From an uncultured Candidatus Saccharibacteria bacterium (GTDB taxonomy: Bacteria; Patescibacteriota; Minisyncoccia; UBA6257; UBA9933), in contig CAYVOL010000003.1 in assembly GCA_964453135.1 (NCBI GenBank), positions 33,976 to 97,975 of the forward strand: a stretch of 64,000 bases of DNA, written 5' to 3'. The notes below the pieces were generated by a model, which was not told the origin of the DNA, did no database searches, and was given only the letters and a program-made list of their open reading frames with translations. Below are positions 19,553-27,982 of the stretch, piece by piece. The position numbers and the translations under genes were made by a program. Position 1 is the first letter of the stretch. Each line of letters begins with the position of its first letter.

Positions 19553-20122
19553 TTATCTTTGCACGGATATTTGAGTAGGAGTAATCTCTGAAAGCAGAAT
19601 AGCTGATTTGCCTGCAGGATTATTAAAGGTAAAAGTTATATTATCTCCTGTTTTTAAGTCATTGATTGTTATTCCTTTTTCCGAAAAAGGAAGGGGCGGA
19701 GAAACGGACATCATGCCTCTGGTTTTTCTTGCTTTAGCCTGATATTCCGCAAGCTCTTTATTGAAAGCTTCGGCGGTTTTGTTTTCTTTTAGGGTTATTG
19801 CAACGCCGTCTTTAATCAATAAATTTTTGTTTTGATAAATTTTAGGGATATTGACGCCCATTATGGAAGGAACAATTACATTTATAGATTTTTCAGCAAT
19901 ATTGATTTTGGTTACCCGGCCGATAAGAGAAGAAGCCGCCATATTGCCGAAAATTTCCTCAATAAGTTGATTTTGCTGTTGTTGCGCTAAAAGTAATTCC
20001 TGATTTTGCCCGTATATTTTTCCGGCAAGATAGCCGAAATGATAAAGAAGATAACCCCCGCCAATTATCAAAATGGCAATAATTAACAAAAGGCCTGTTT
20101 TTATTAATTGAGTTTGATTCAT
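19553..20122 (-). CDS. Membrane-anchored partner protein, copy B
   Basis: Paralogue of 13031..13588 (EIFG...L.GR...KSI.V..PS..G...PK.YQ.K; KTA..F.KEL; I....LK.GD.I.F). ORF track start 20164. Confidence 0.72.
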   Translation of the reverse strand: MNQTQLIKTGLLLIIAILIIGGGYLLYHFGYLAGKIYGQNQELLLAQQQQNQLIEEIFGNMAASSLIGRVTKINIAEKSINVIVPSIMGVNIPKIYQNKNLLIKDGVAITLKENKTAEAFNKELAEYQAKARKTRGMMSVSPPLPFSEKGITINDLKTGDNITFTFNNPAGKSAILLSEITPTQISVQR

Positions 20123-20127
20123 AGAAT

Positions 20128-21141
20128 TTATTGCAACGGCATCCAGTACGCCCATACATAGCAAGGTCCCCGATCTATTCCTAACGCTATGGTATAAGAT
20201 TCTCCATTTTTTATTGGGGCAGTCACGGACTCCGATTCAACACCGTTTCCGTTAATATTATTTTGAGTTATTTTCGCCCCGCTTGCCCATATTTCTAATC
20301 CACAATGAGGCCGAGTACCGCCACTAGAGGTATCGAGACTAGCGGTAACGAATCCATCGGCACTCGCGGTAGAACTATATACTGTCGGACGCGTTCCGTC
20401 GCCATTATATACTTGGGATGCCAATAGCGTTCGCGTTTGAAAACTCTTTGACATCTGGCTTGCCCATTTACCGACAGAATTTATCCAATAATCTTGAGCA
20501 TATACATTATTATAGGCAGAATTATTACCATTCATTACATAAAGACCACCATTGCTTAATGTGCCAATTACATTGCCATCAGTTCCAATTCCAGGAGAAT
20601 AGGTTCCGTATTGACTATCTCCCACGTAAAGTCTACCGAATTTTCCAATACCGGCAACTTCCAATTTTTGGGAAGGGCTGGTTGTATTGATTCCGACATT
20701 GCCAGTGTTGCCGGAAATAAACAGTCGTTCCGTATTGTTGGTGCCAGGGTTATTAGTTAAATCAGCTGAACGTAAATAAAAATTTCCGGAGTTTGGAAAA
20801 TATACCGCTCCACTTCCCTCTCCTCCCATGATGCCAATAGAATTTACCCGTATTGGACCAGCAACATCAAGTTTTGCATACTGGTTTGGATTAGTCGTAC
20901 CTATGCCCACATTGGTTCCGTTATCGTAAATTATGGAATTGCCGATGGTATAGGAAGGGGAAGTTTGTCCGAAAACAGCCAGATAGTTGGGAGTGCCGCT
21001 ACCGGTTATTGACTGCACCTGGGCAATGGCTTTTTTGAGGAAATTGGGAAGATGGGAATTGCTGACATTAACGCTCAATGCCAAGCTGACAATCATTACT
21101 AAAAGAACTAAATTAATATAAAAAAGAGGAGATTTAAACAT
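20128..21141 (-). CDS. Exported tail-fibre/adhesin-like protein, copy B
   Basis: First ~85 aa are nearly identical to 11932..13023. Shares the NVGINTTSPSQ.LEV and DYWINSVGKWASQM blocks, with different intervening and C-terminal sequence. Confidence 0.75.
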   Translation of the reverse strand: MFKSPLFYINLVLLVMIVSLALSVNVSNSHLPNFLKKAIAQVQSITGSGTPNYLAVFGQTSPSYTIGNSIIYDNGTNVGIGTTNPNQYAKLDVAGPIRVNSIGIMGGEGSGAVYFPNSGNFYLRSADLTNNPGTNNTERLFISGNTGNVGINTTSPSQKLEVAGIGKFGRLYVGDSQYGTYSPGIGTDGNVIGTLSNGGLYVMNGNNSAYNNVYAQDYWINSVGKWASQMSKSFQTRTLLASQVYNGDGTRPTVYSSTASADGFVTASLDTSSGGTRPHCGLEIWASGAKITQNNINGNGVESESVTAPIKNGESYTIALGIDRGPCYVWAYWMPLQ

Positions 21142-21301
21142 AGGAGAAAATCTTAAAAACATAAAACTTGAACCTTGGAACTTGGAACTCGTCTCAATTA
21201 TTTATCCCCAGTTTCAAGATTTATATTTTATGTTCTGTGATTATTACTCTAATTTTATCATTCACTCAACTCCTGTCAACGAAGGGATGGGGATAACTTT
21301 T
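20888..21301 (-). repeat. ~410-bp inverted repeat, copy B
   Basis: Reverse complement of 11775..12185, including TTATCCCCA, TTGACA (21274-79, - strand) and TGATAAAAT. Confidence 0.95.
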
Positions 21302-21307
21302 TGAGTG

Positions 21308-22297
21308 TTAAATATGTTTTTCTCCCAATACCACAGAAATATCTATTTTTTTGTTTTGCCGCAGGATTTTTAATTTTATTTTATCGCCGGCGGATAATTT
21401 TTCCAAAATATCGCCTATGGTTTTCCGGACAGTGACGCTTTCTTCGTTTACAGACAAAATGATATCTTTCTCGCGCAGGCCGGACTTTTTCGCCGGACTT
21501 CCAGCAATAACGCTTTCGGCAAAAGGTTTTTCTGATTTTATCAAGGCGCCGCAATTTACCGGAAGACGCATTTCTTTTTTGACATTATCGTCAATAATGA
21601 GATAACGCACTCCTAAAAAAGGACGTTGGATTTTCCCGAATTTTTTCAGGTCGGCCAAATCTCTTTTGACGATATTGATAGGCAAAGCGAAGCCGATATT
21701 TTCCGCATCGGACATCATTGCCATATTTATTCCTACTACTTCGCCTTCAAGATTAATTAAAGGGCCGCCGGAATTGCCGGGATTGATCGCCGCGTCTGTC
21801 TGAATAAGCCCGTGGATTTCTTCTTCGGGAGATAAGTCGTCAATTTGGGCGCTAATGGAACGGGAAAGGCCGGAAATGATTCCGGTGGAAACGGTATTGC
21901 GGAAAATGCCCAAAGCATTGCCGACAGCAATAACATTTTCTCCCAGTTCCAGACGGGAAGAGTTGCCCAGTTTAAGGAAGGGGAGGCGGTGATGATCTTT
22001 TATTCTTAAAATAGCCACGTCGCTGATGGGGTCGCGCGCCATAATTTTTGCAGGATAACTTTTATTGTCGTTGGTAATGACGGTGTAGCGGTTATTGGGA
22101 GAAGAAACAATGTGGCGGTTGCTCACCACTATCCCCGACGGGTCAACTAAAAAACCTGATCCGCTGTCAATGCTGGCAGGCGGTTTGCTGGAAGAAGATT
22201 TTGCTTTGGCAAGGCGAGATGGTGATTGAGCGACAGCGATGGTTACCACCGCGGGCAGAATTTTTTTGATTATCTTGGGAAGAGACTGATTTATCAT
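21308..22297 (-). CDS. htrA: HtrA/DegP-like trypsin serine protease with one PDZ domain
   Basis: SGSGF, NRHIV (His), DVAIL (Asp), IQTDAAINPGNSGGPL (Ser) and a PDZ segment (PFLGV...SPAKKSGL). Confidence 0.92.
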   Translation of the reverse strand: MINQSLPKIIKKILPAVVTIAVAQSPSRLAKAKSSSSKPPASIDSGSGFLVDPSGIVVSNRHIVSSPNNRYTVITNDNKSYPAKIMARDPISDVAILRIKDHHRLPFLKLGNSSRLELGENVIAVGNALGIFRNTVSTGIISGLSRSISAQIDDLSPEEEIHGLIQTDAAINPGNSGGPLINLEGEVVGINMAMMSDAENIGFALPINIVKRDLADLKKFGKIQRPFLGVRYLIIDDNVKKEMRLPVNCGALIKSEKPFAESVIAGSPAKKSGLREKDIILSVNEESVTVRKTIGDILEKLSAGDKIKLKILRQNKKIDISVVLGEKHI

Positions 22298-22361
22298 TGA
22301 TTAATTATAGCAACATATCTTAAACTTACAAAGGCAGATGAAATAGTTTATAGAGTTAATG

Positions 22362-22582
22362 TAAGAAATCCGAGCGTTGTTTACATTTCGGAATATTGAC
22401 CACTGGCGTTCCCGACCTTACTGTCATTCTGAGTCCGCCAGCTGGCGGACGAAGAATCTTACGGAGATCCTTCGCCCCGCCACAGCAGGGCTCAGGATGA
22501 CAAAAACGGTCAGGATGACCAAAATGTTCAGGATGACAATAAAAAACTACGACGAAAAGCGTAAATAACGCTATGATTTTAC
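22362..22582. mobile_element. Palindromic MITE/REP-like element, copy 1
   Basis: Left end TAAGAAATCCGAGCGTTGTTTACA; core TGTCATTCTGAG..CCGCCAGCTGGCGG..GAAGAATCT..GAGATCCTTCG..CTCAGGATGACA; three AGGATGAC units; right end GTAAATAACGCT. Confidence 0.75.
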
Positions 22583-22673
22583 ATACAAAGTTTGTAAAGT
22601 TGTAAGGTCTATATAGTTTGCAAGGTGTATAAGATTTATAAATATCAATTTAATGCAATGATATCAATGAAAG

Positions 22674-23552
22674 ATGAAATTTTATTCTAAAAATAAAAAA
22701 ACAAGCGCTGAAAAATTTTTCTTTTTGAGAAAAGACAGACTTGTTTTTCTTTTGGCGGTTATTATAGCCGGCGCGGCGATTTATGCCGCGGTTTATTCTC
22801 CGCTGTTTAGGATTAAAGATATTCAAGCGGCGGTGGCGTCCGATTCTTCGGCGGTCAATAAAGAAGAGTTGACAGCGGAATTAAAACAATTTTTTGACAG
22901 CCGCACGTTTTTTGATTCTATTTTGGGAAGCCGCAATATCCTGGTTTGGGATAATGACTTATCTAAATTTTTAAATCAACATCCCCAATGGCAATTTTTG
23001 AAAATAGACAAGGATTATTTTAAGCGGCAAATAGTTATTACCGGAGAAGAAAGAAAAAAATTCGGACTTTGGTGCCAGTCGGCGAAAGCGAGCGCCGGGA
23101 CAACGGCGGCAAAAACAGCTACGGATACAACAGAAATGACGGGAGAAAAAAATAACCTCGCGCTGTCAAAGTGCCAGTGGTTTGATGAAAAAGGGATTAT
23201 TTTTTTGGAAGCGCCGTCTGTGGAAAGCGAAATTTTTAACCGAGTAGACGATTATTCGGGGAGAGAGCTGGAAATGGGAAATTTTGTTTTGCCGGAGGAG
23301 ATGATCGGCAATTTAGTCGCGGTATTCAACATTCTGGAGACTGCCGGAGTCAATGCGAGAACGGCTATTTTGAAAGATTTGGCTTTGGAAGAAATAAGCG
23401 TGGAGCCAAAGAGCGGACCGCGGCTTATTTTTAGTTTGAACCGCGAACCATCTTTCGTCGCGCCTGCCATAGATTCTTTGAAAAAATCAGGGCAATGGGA
23501 TAAATTGCAGTATGTCAATTTTACCGTGGAAAACAGGGCGTACTATAAATAA
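22674..23552 (+). CDS. FtsQ/DivIB-like single-pass membrane protein
   Basis: N-terminal TM, then SPLFRIKDI (POTRA-like start) and C-terminal LQYVNFTVENRAYYK resembling the FtsQ YIDLR end. Confidence 0.6.
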   Translation: MKFYSKNKKTSAEKFFFLRKDRLVFLLAVIIAGAAIYAAVYSPLFRIKDIQAAVASDSSAVNKEELTAELKQFFDSRTFFDSILGSRNILVWDNDLSKFLNQHPQWQFLKIDKDYFKRQIVITGEERKKFGLWCQSAKASAGTTAAKTATDTTEMTGEKNNLALSKCQWFDEKGIIFLEAPSVESEIFNRVDDYSGRELEMGNFVLPEEMIGNLVAVFNILETAGVNARTAILKDLALEEISVEPKSGPRLIFSLNREPSFVAPAIDSLKKSGQWDKLQYVNFTVENRAYYK

Positions 23553-23553
23553 G

Positions 23554-23637
23554 AAACTTGAATCTTGAAACTTGAAAATTGAATCGCGCAACTTGAATCT
23601 TGGAACTTAGATCTTGAATCCTGATACTTGGCACTTA
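23554..23637. repeat. 12-unit degenerate heptamer array (AAWCTTG) filling a convergent intergenic gap
   Basis: aaacttg aatcttg aaacttg aaaattg aatcgcg caacttg aatcttg gaactta gatcttg aatcctg atacttg gcactta. Confidence 0.9.
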
Positions 23638-25323
23638 ATAAAGTTCTTCTTTTATCTTTTTTAATATTTCTACATCGTGTTCGCGCAGGCGGTCAAAAAT
23701 TTTCATTTCCGGGTCAATGGCGATTGATTTTCCCAAATAATATCCGGCGGTAAAATGGGGGAGAATAACGTAATCGGCGCCGGCTTTATAAAGACGGGGG
23801 ATTTCCCATTCGTTTCGGGCCCTCACCACGATTTTGATGCCGCTTCCTTGCTGTCGATAATTTTTTATTTTTTCCAGCAGGTGAAGATTGTCTCTGAAAT
23901 TGGGGGCGGTGGAAATCACCAGCTTGGCTTTTTCCAGCCCGGATTTTTCTATGATTTCTTCGTCGGAGATATCGCCGAAAAGATAGTCGTGATGATTGTT
24001 TTTAAGCTGATGGATGACATCAGGATCAAAATCGACAATCAGCACATCTTCTTTTTCTAGACTAAAAGCAATGCTTTGCCCTAAGCGATGGGCGCCGATT
24101 AAAACAATGGGTTTTTCAAAATAGCGAAGAGGATAGGAGTTTTCTTTTGTTTTTCGGCGTTCAAAAATAACTAAAGATCGGGAAAGCAGAGAATAAATTT
24201 TATCGTCGTAAAGCGAAAAATAAGTGAAAAGGATAAACGACAATACTCCGGTGGCGGTGATGAGCGAAGCGGTTGCCGCGCTGATATGCCCGATTTTAAG
24301 TCCCAAAGCCGCCAGCACAAAACTAAACTCGGAAATTTGAGCTAATGTAAGGCCGGACATAAACGTGGTGTGTTTGCGGTAGCCCATAATACCCATAATG
24401 ACGAAAATAATCAGCGGTTTTCCGATGAGCGTGAAAAGAGAAAAGATAAGAACGGGAACAATCAGCGCTTGAAGCTGGGAGAAGACAAGCGATGAGCCCA
24501 GAGTTATGAAAAAAATAAGAATGAAAAAATCGCGCAATGATTTGACCTGGCCGGATATCTGATATCTCTCCGAGGAATTGGCGAGTGACAAGCCGGCTAA
24601 AAATCCTCCGATTTCCAAAGAAAGCCCGATTTTTTGGGCGCTGGCCACAATAAGAAAAGCCCAGGCAAGACTGACTAAAAATAAAAGTTCCTGCGATTTG
24701 GCGATTTTGTTAAACAGTCGAGGGATGATTTTTGCTCCGATAAAAACAGTCAGAAGAGAAAGAACAATTCCTTTAAGCGTCATCAACGTTATTGTTGTCG
24801 GCGTGATGTGATTGCGAGCGGCAAAACCAGCCAAGAAAACGAGAATTAAAATCGCGGCAAAGTCCTGCAGGAGAAGAATGCCGGTGTCAATTTTCCCGTA
24901 TAAGCTGTTTAAGTCTTTTTTTTCCGATAGCAGTTTAACTACTATAACGGTGCTGGAAAAAGTCAGAGCAGCGGCGATATATAAAGAAGCGAGCGGGTCA
25001 ATATGGAGCAAAACAGCGGTTAAATAGCCTAAAGCCGCGGTGAAAACTATTTGGAACACCCCTATTGTTAAGGCCGAGCGTCCCACTATTTTCAGGGAAG
25101 TGTAATCTATTTCCATCCCGACAAGAAAAAGCAGAAACATCAGTCCTAAATCGGAAAAAGTTTTCAAGGTCTCTTGATTGTTTAAATTGAGCAGTCCGAA
25201 ATGGCCGATAATGACGCCGGTGATAATAAGCGCCAGCAGGAGTGGCTGTTTTAGAAAATGAAAGATAACGCTTAAAACAGCGGCGATTAAGATAATAATT
25301 ACTAAATCAGCAATGCCGGTCAT
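23635..25323 (-). CDS. CPA2 cation:proton antiporter with TrkA-N (KefB/KefC-like)
   Basis: About 12 TM helices, FLLFLVGME, LLLQD, AQISEFSF and a C-terminal NAD-binding KTN domain (GAHRLG, FGDISD, AGADYV). Confidence 0.92.
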   Translation of the reverse strand: MTGIADLVIIILIAAVLSVIFHFLKQPLLLALIITGVIIGHFGLLNLNNQETLKTFSDLGLMFLLFLVGMEIDYTSLKIVGRSALTIGVFQIVFTAALGYLTAVLLHIDPLASLYIAAALTFSSTVIVVKLLSEKKDLNSLYGKIDTGILLLQDFAAILILVFLAGFAARNHITPTTITLMTLKGIVLSLLTVFIGAKIIPRLFNKIAKSQELLFLVSLAWAFLIVASAQKIGLSLEIGGFLAGLSLANSSERYQISGQVKSLRDFFILIFFITLGSSLVFSQLQALIVPVLIFSLFTLIGKPLIIFVIMGIMGYRKHTTFMSGLTLAQISEFSFVLAALGLKIGHISAATASLITATGVLSFILFTYFSLYDDKIYSLLSRSLVIFERRKTKENSYPLRYFEKPIVLIGAHRLGQSIAFSLEKEDVLIVDFDPDVIHQLKNNHHDYLFGDISDEEIIEKSGLEKAKLVISTAPNFRDNLHLLEKIKNYRQQGSGIKIVVRARNEWEIPRLYKAGADYVILPHFTAGYYLGKSIAIDPEMKIFDRLREHDVEILKKIKEELY

Positions 25324-25410
25324 TGATTAAAGTATAGCAGGAATTCGCAGCGCCTTAAAGATTAAAAAGGCAAAGGATTAAATGGATTGTTTAATCAGAT
25401 AATACAAGAG

Positions 25411-26049
25411 TTATAGCGAGACGCTGAAATTGTATTTTTTGTCGCGCCAATAACGGGGCACCCTATCAATTCCTACTCTTTTTTTGGCGGTTATTTGCGA
25501 GGGTTTTATTTTTATTCCCCAGTCTTCCAGCCAAAGTCCGGTTTTTCTGTCCGCCGGCAGGCCGTTTAGACTCTTGTCTATTTTCAATAATTTTGTCAGC
25601 CGCGCCGGACCGTTAACCGCCGAATAAGGAGCGTTCGGGGATTTATTAATGACAACGCCGCTTCTGATTAAAATCGCCGCCGGATAATTTTTAGGACCAA
25701 CAACGACATTAAGCATCCAGTGCATCCCGTAGGTGAAATAAACATAAAAAATTCCGGCCGAGCCGAACATGATTTTATTTCTCTCCGTTTTTCCGATAGA
25801 GGCGTGAGAGGCTTTATCTTGAAAGCCGTCATAGATTTCCACTTCTGTAATGATAAGCGCTGTTTCGCGGCGCGCGGAGGTGTTTTGTTTGGAAACAGCC
25901 GCGGCTGGAAAGCGGCGCATCAAAATTTTGCCCAGCATATTTTTAGCGGTTTTAACAGCGGGGCGATTAAAAAAATCGGAAGAAATTTTTTTCCCTTGAC
26001 AATCTTTTTGTAAGAGAAAATATTTTTTTGGTTGCGAACTTTTCTTCAT
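25411..26049 (-). CDS. mpg: DNA-3-methyladenine glycosylase (AAG/MPG family)
   Basis: ITEVEIY, DKASHA, YVYFTYGMHWMLNVV, AAILIR, NGPARLT and RVGI. Confidence 0.92.
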   Translation of the reverse strand: MKKSSQPKKYFLLQKDCQGKKISSDFFNRPAVKTAKNMLGKILMRRFPAAAVSKQNTSARRETALIITEVEIYDGFQDKASHASIGKTERNKIMFGSAGIFYVYFTYGMHWMLNVVVGPKNYPAAILIRSGVVINKSPNAPYSAVNGPARLTKLLKIDKSLNGLPADRKTGLWLEDWGIKIKPSQITAKKRVGIDRVPRYWRDKKYNFSVSL

Positions 26050-26067
26050 TGAGTTAATATTCTATCA

Positions 26068-26601
26068 ATGGATTATCAAAATCATCAAGCCGCGGCAGAG
26101 GCGATGCTTTTTGTCTACGGGGAGCCGCTGGAGATTAAAAGGATGGCCGGTCTTTTGAGCATCAGCGAAGAAGAAGCAAAAGCCGCTGTTGCGAACCTGG
26201 GGAAAAGCTTGGAAGATTCTCAGAGGGGATTAACCCTGCTTTTTAATAACAACCGTGTTCAACTGGCGACCAAAAAGGAATTTCATTCTTTGGCGGAAGC
26301 ATTGATTAAAAGCGAATTTGAAGAAAATTTGACTCCGGCGGCTTTGGAAACTTTATCAGTTGTTGTTTACCTTGGTCCGGTTTCCCGACCCAAAATTGAT
26401 TACATCAGGGGAGTGAATTCATCTTATACTGTCCGCAATCTGATGTTAAGGGGGCTGATTGAGCGCGTTTCGGACGGCAAAAGCGGAAACGCTTTTTTGT
26501 ATCAGGCAAGTTTTGATTTGCTGAAACATTTGGGAATTTCCCGGATTTCCGAATTGCCGGATTACGGGAAATATAAAGAGTTGGCGGAAAAAACTTCCTG
26601 A
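26068..26601 (+). CDS. scpB: SMC-Scp complex subunit ScpB
   Basis: EAMLFVYGEPL, LTPAALETLSVV, IDYIRGVNS, LMLRGLIE and ELP. Confidence 0.93.
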   Translation: MDYQNHQAAAEAMLFVYGEPLEIKRMAGLLSISEEEAKAAVANLGKSLEDSQRGLTLLFNNNRVQLATKKEFHSLAEALIKSEFEENLTPAALETLSVVVYLGPVSRPKIDYIRGVNSSYTVRNLMLRGLIERVSDGKSGNAFLYQASFDLLKHLGISRISELPDYGKYKELAEKTS

Positions 26602-26664
26602 TGTTCGTTGTAGCGCGGCATAGGGATGAGAGGCAAGGATATTGCCGGGGTATGACTTGGTTTG

Positions 26665-26886
26665 CAAGAAATCCGAGCGTTGTTTACATTTTGGAATGTT
26701 GACTATTGGGGTGTGCCCGACGGCCCCACTCCTGCCATTCTGATCCGCCAGCCGGCGGAGAAGAATCTTAAGAGATCCTTCGTCCGCCCCGCCATGGCGG
26801 GGCGGGACTCAGGATGACAATAAAAACGTTTAGGATGACAATTAAAAAACAGCGATGAAAAGTGTAAATAATGCTATGAAATCTTA
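26665..26886. mobile_element. Palindromic MITE/REP-like element, copy 2
   Basis: Same left end (AAGAAATCCGAGCGTTGTTTACA), core and right end (TGTAAATAATGCT) as copy 1, with internal palindrome GTCCGCCCCGCCATGGCGGGGCGGGAC. Confidence 0.75.
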
Positions 26887-26921
26887 CACATAGTTTATTA
26901 CTAATCGTTACATTGTATTAA

Positions 26922-27875
26922 TTGAACAAAGCGATGCGCAGAAAATTTTTGTTTTTATTTATTATTATTGTGATAGCGGCGGCATTATTCAGCTGGGGGA
27001 CGAGAAAAGATTCTAAAATAGCGGAAAGCAAGGCAGAGACGCAGGCGGCTGATAGCAAATTAGACATTAATGTCCCTTTAAGCGATGGTTCGGAAATCAT
27101 CTCGCGCAATTTCTTGGCTACTTCTTCGGAAGAAGTTTCTAATTTTCACTGCGCTGGCGATTTTTTGGGCGGCTTTTTGACAGCGCGCGCTGTTTTGGTT
27201 CGTTATCTTAACGGAGAGGGAAGTTTTTTGGAATTGAACAAAGGTATTCGCTGGCCCACGGCTTCTTTGGCTAAATTGATGACCTCGCTTGTGGCTTTGG
27301 AAAATATCAAGGGCGATAAAGAAATTAAAATTACCAACGGAATAATTTTAGAAAATACTCCGTTGAAATTCGGGGAAGGAGAAATTTACACGATGGCTGA
27401 TTTAATGAAAGCGATGCTGGCAGTTTCCAGCAATAGCGCGGGGGAAGCCATTGCCGACGATTTCGGCAAGGCTCAATTTATTGAACTGATGAACAGGAAA
27501 GCGGCAAGTTTGGGAATGAATGAAACAAGTTTTTACGACGCCAGCGGCATTTCGGCTTCCGACCAATCAACCACCGATGACTTATTCAAGTTATTGAGTT
27601 ATATTTATAATGCTCGGCCGGAAATTCTTCAGTATGCGCGCGCGCAGAAAAGTGTTATTACGGAATTAAACAGCCGGCGGAAAATTGTTTTGAATAATGC
27701 CAATCAATTCGTTGGAGAGCCGGATTATTTGGGAGGAAAAACTGGAACGACCGACGCCGCGGGACAGAATCTCATCTCATTGTTTTCTTTTCATAAACAG
27801 CCGCTGGCGGTTATCATTTTAGGAAGCCAAAACAGGTTTGAAGAAGCAAGACAATTGTTGAATTGCGTTGAATGA
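26922..27875 (+). CDS. D-alanyl-D-alanine carboxypeptidase (peptidase S11)
   Basis: SxxK (ASLAK), SxN (VSSN) and KTG (GGKTGTT) motifs; N-terminal TM. Confidence 0.9.
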   Translation: MNKAMRRKFLFLFIIIVIAAALFSWGTRKDSKIAESKAETQAADSKLDINVPLSDGSEIISRNFLATSSEEVSNFHCAGDFLGGFLTARAVLVRYLNGEGSFLELNKGIRWPTASLAKLMTSLVALENIKGDKEIKITNGIILENTPLKFGEGEIYTMADLMKAMLAVSSNSAGEAIADDFGKAQFIELMNRKAASLGMNETSFYDASGISASDQSTTDDLFKLLSYIYNARPEILQYARAQKSVITELNSRRKIVLNNANQFVGEPDYLGGKTGTTDAAGQNLISLFSFHKQPLAVIILGSQNRFEEARQLLNCVE

Positions 27876-27982
27876 TAACAGATTCGCAGTTCGTAAAGTT
27901 TATGAAGTTTTTAAGGTTATAACGGGAGATAATTATATCCTCAATTAACTTTATGAATTTTATAAACTTTTAACTATGTTCT

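Noticed and set aside
11932-21141. Diversity-generating retroelement TR/VR pair
   Set aside because: Differences between the copies are not adenine-specific, the similar part is the 5' end rather than a C-terminal VR, and no reverse transcriptase is present in the window.
22377-22568. ORFs of 60-63 aa over the palindromic elements (also 56414..56596)
   Set aside because: They are translations of the repeat element (CHSES..., LRMT x3) with no independent coding evidence.
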